Below, in pieces: positions 63,549-64,000 of a stretch of 64,000 bases of DNA. Source of the DNA: a virus (Duplodnaviria; Caudoviricetes); IMG/VR virus record IMGVR_UViG_3300045413_000192, positions 1,077 through 65,076 of that record, one strand, 5' to 3'. The notes under the pieces were generated by a model that worked only from the letters and a program-made list of their open reading frames with translations, did not search any database and was not told the origin of the DNA. How positions within the stretch are numbered: the first letter of the stretch is position 1; each line of letters starts with the position of its first letter. The position numbers and the translations under genes were made by a program.

Positions 63549-64000
63549 GTGGTTACTCAGTGGCGCGACAAGTTGGCCCATTTAAATAAGGGTCCTGCAC
63601 GAATTACACTTGATGGTAAACGCCATTACGTCACTCCGCTACCAACTGGACCAGCGCCGTCTGTAACAACAATCATTTCTGAGACAGCATCAGAAGCCAA
63701 CAAACGAAAGTTGGAGATGTGGTCCAAGGCAAATCCTGGTGTTAAAGAAGCTGCTGCAGAGCGGGGAACCGCCGTTCACTATGGAATGGAACAGTACCTC
63801 AAAGGGAATAAGAATCCGGAAATTCCTGAAGAATATGGGGACTTTTGGGCGGGTGTGCCACCAATATTGGACCAGTTCTCGGAGGTCCTTTGGGCGGAAT
63901 CACCGGTACTTGACAAGTTTGATTTTACTATTGGTGCTGATGACGTTGCTCGTGTCTGGGGTTGCGATGATCAGGGACGTTCCTGGGCTGGCGCTCCTGA
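63549..64000 (+). CDS. PD-(D/E)xK exonuclease (partial)
   Basis: RITLDGKRHYVTP....PSVTTII...LEMW......AAERGTAVH...E.YL...WAESP...WAG.P. Runs off the window. Confidence 0.8.
   Translation, partial: MVTQWRDKLAHLNKGPARITLDGKRHYVTPLPTGPAPSVTTIISETASEANKRKLEMWSKANPGVKEAAAERGTAVHYGMEQYLKGNKNPEIPEEYGDFWAGVPPILDQFSEVLWAESPVLDKFDFTIGADDVARVWGCDDQGRSWAGAP

Overview
This window is part of a tailed dsDNA phage genome, very probably a cyanophage of picocyanobacteria (it carries an hli-like gene, a cyanobacterial-type integrase remnant, Dps and ThyX). Positions 1-32.1 kb (minus strand) form the late/morphogenesis arm: GH24 endolysin, a lambda-type lytic enzyme, a circularly permuted M23 peptidase, major capsid, scaffold, portal, large terminase, and glycine-rich putative ejection proteins. 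No tape-measure or sheath gene is recognisable. Positions 32.2-56 kb (plus strand) form the early/replication arm: many small ORFs, tRNA-Leu(UAA), ThyX, GP88-like protein, family A DNA polymerase with an intein, SSBs, Gp157-like protein and Dps. Positions 56-63.4 kb (minus strand) hold a nucleotide-sugar/glycosyltransferase cluster and hli, followed by a partial exonuclease. The most striking signal is that most intergenic gaps from 32.6 to 36 kb, and several further downstream to 52.3 kb, are built from about seven families of repeated, covarying structured RNA modules. These include 44-47 nt tRNA-mimics with a T-loop and a ~12-bp stack, fused to a small pseudoknot just before the next gene, plus a six-copy H-type pseudoknot and a five-copy bistable switch. 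Together they suggest an undescribed phage mRNA processing/stabilisation ('cut-and-cap') system. All calls were made by eye, without database searches or folding software.
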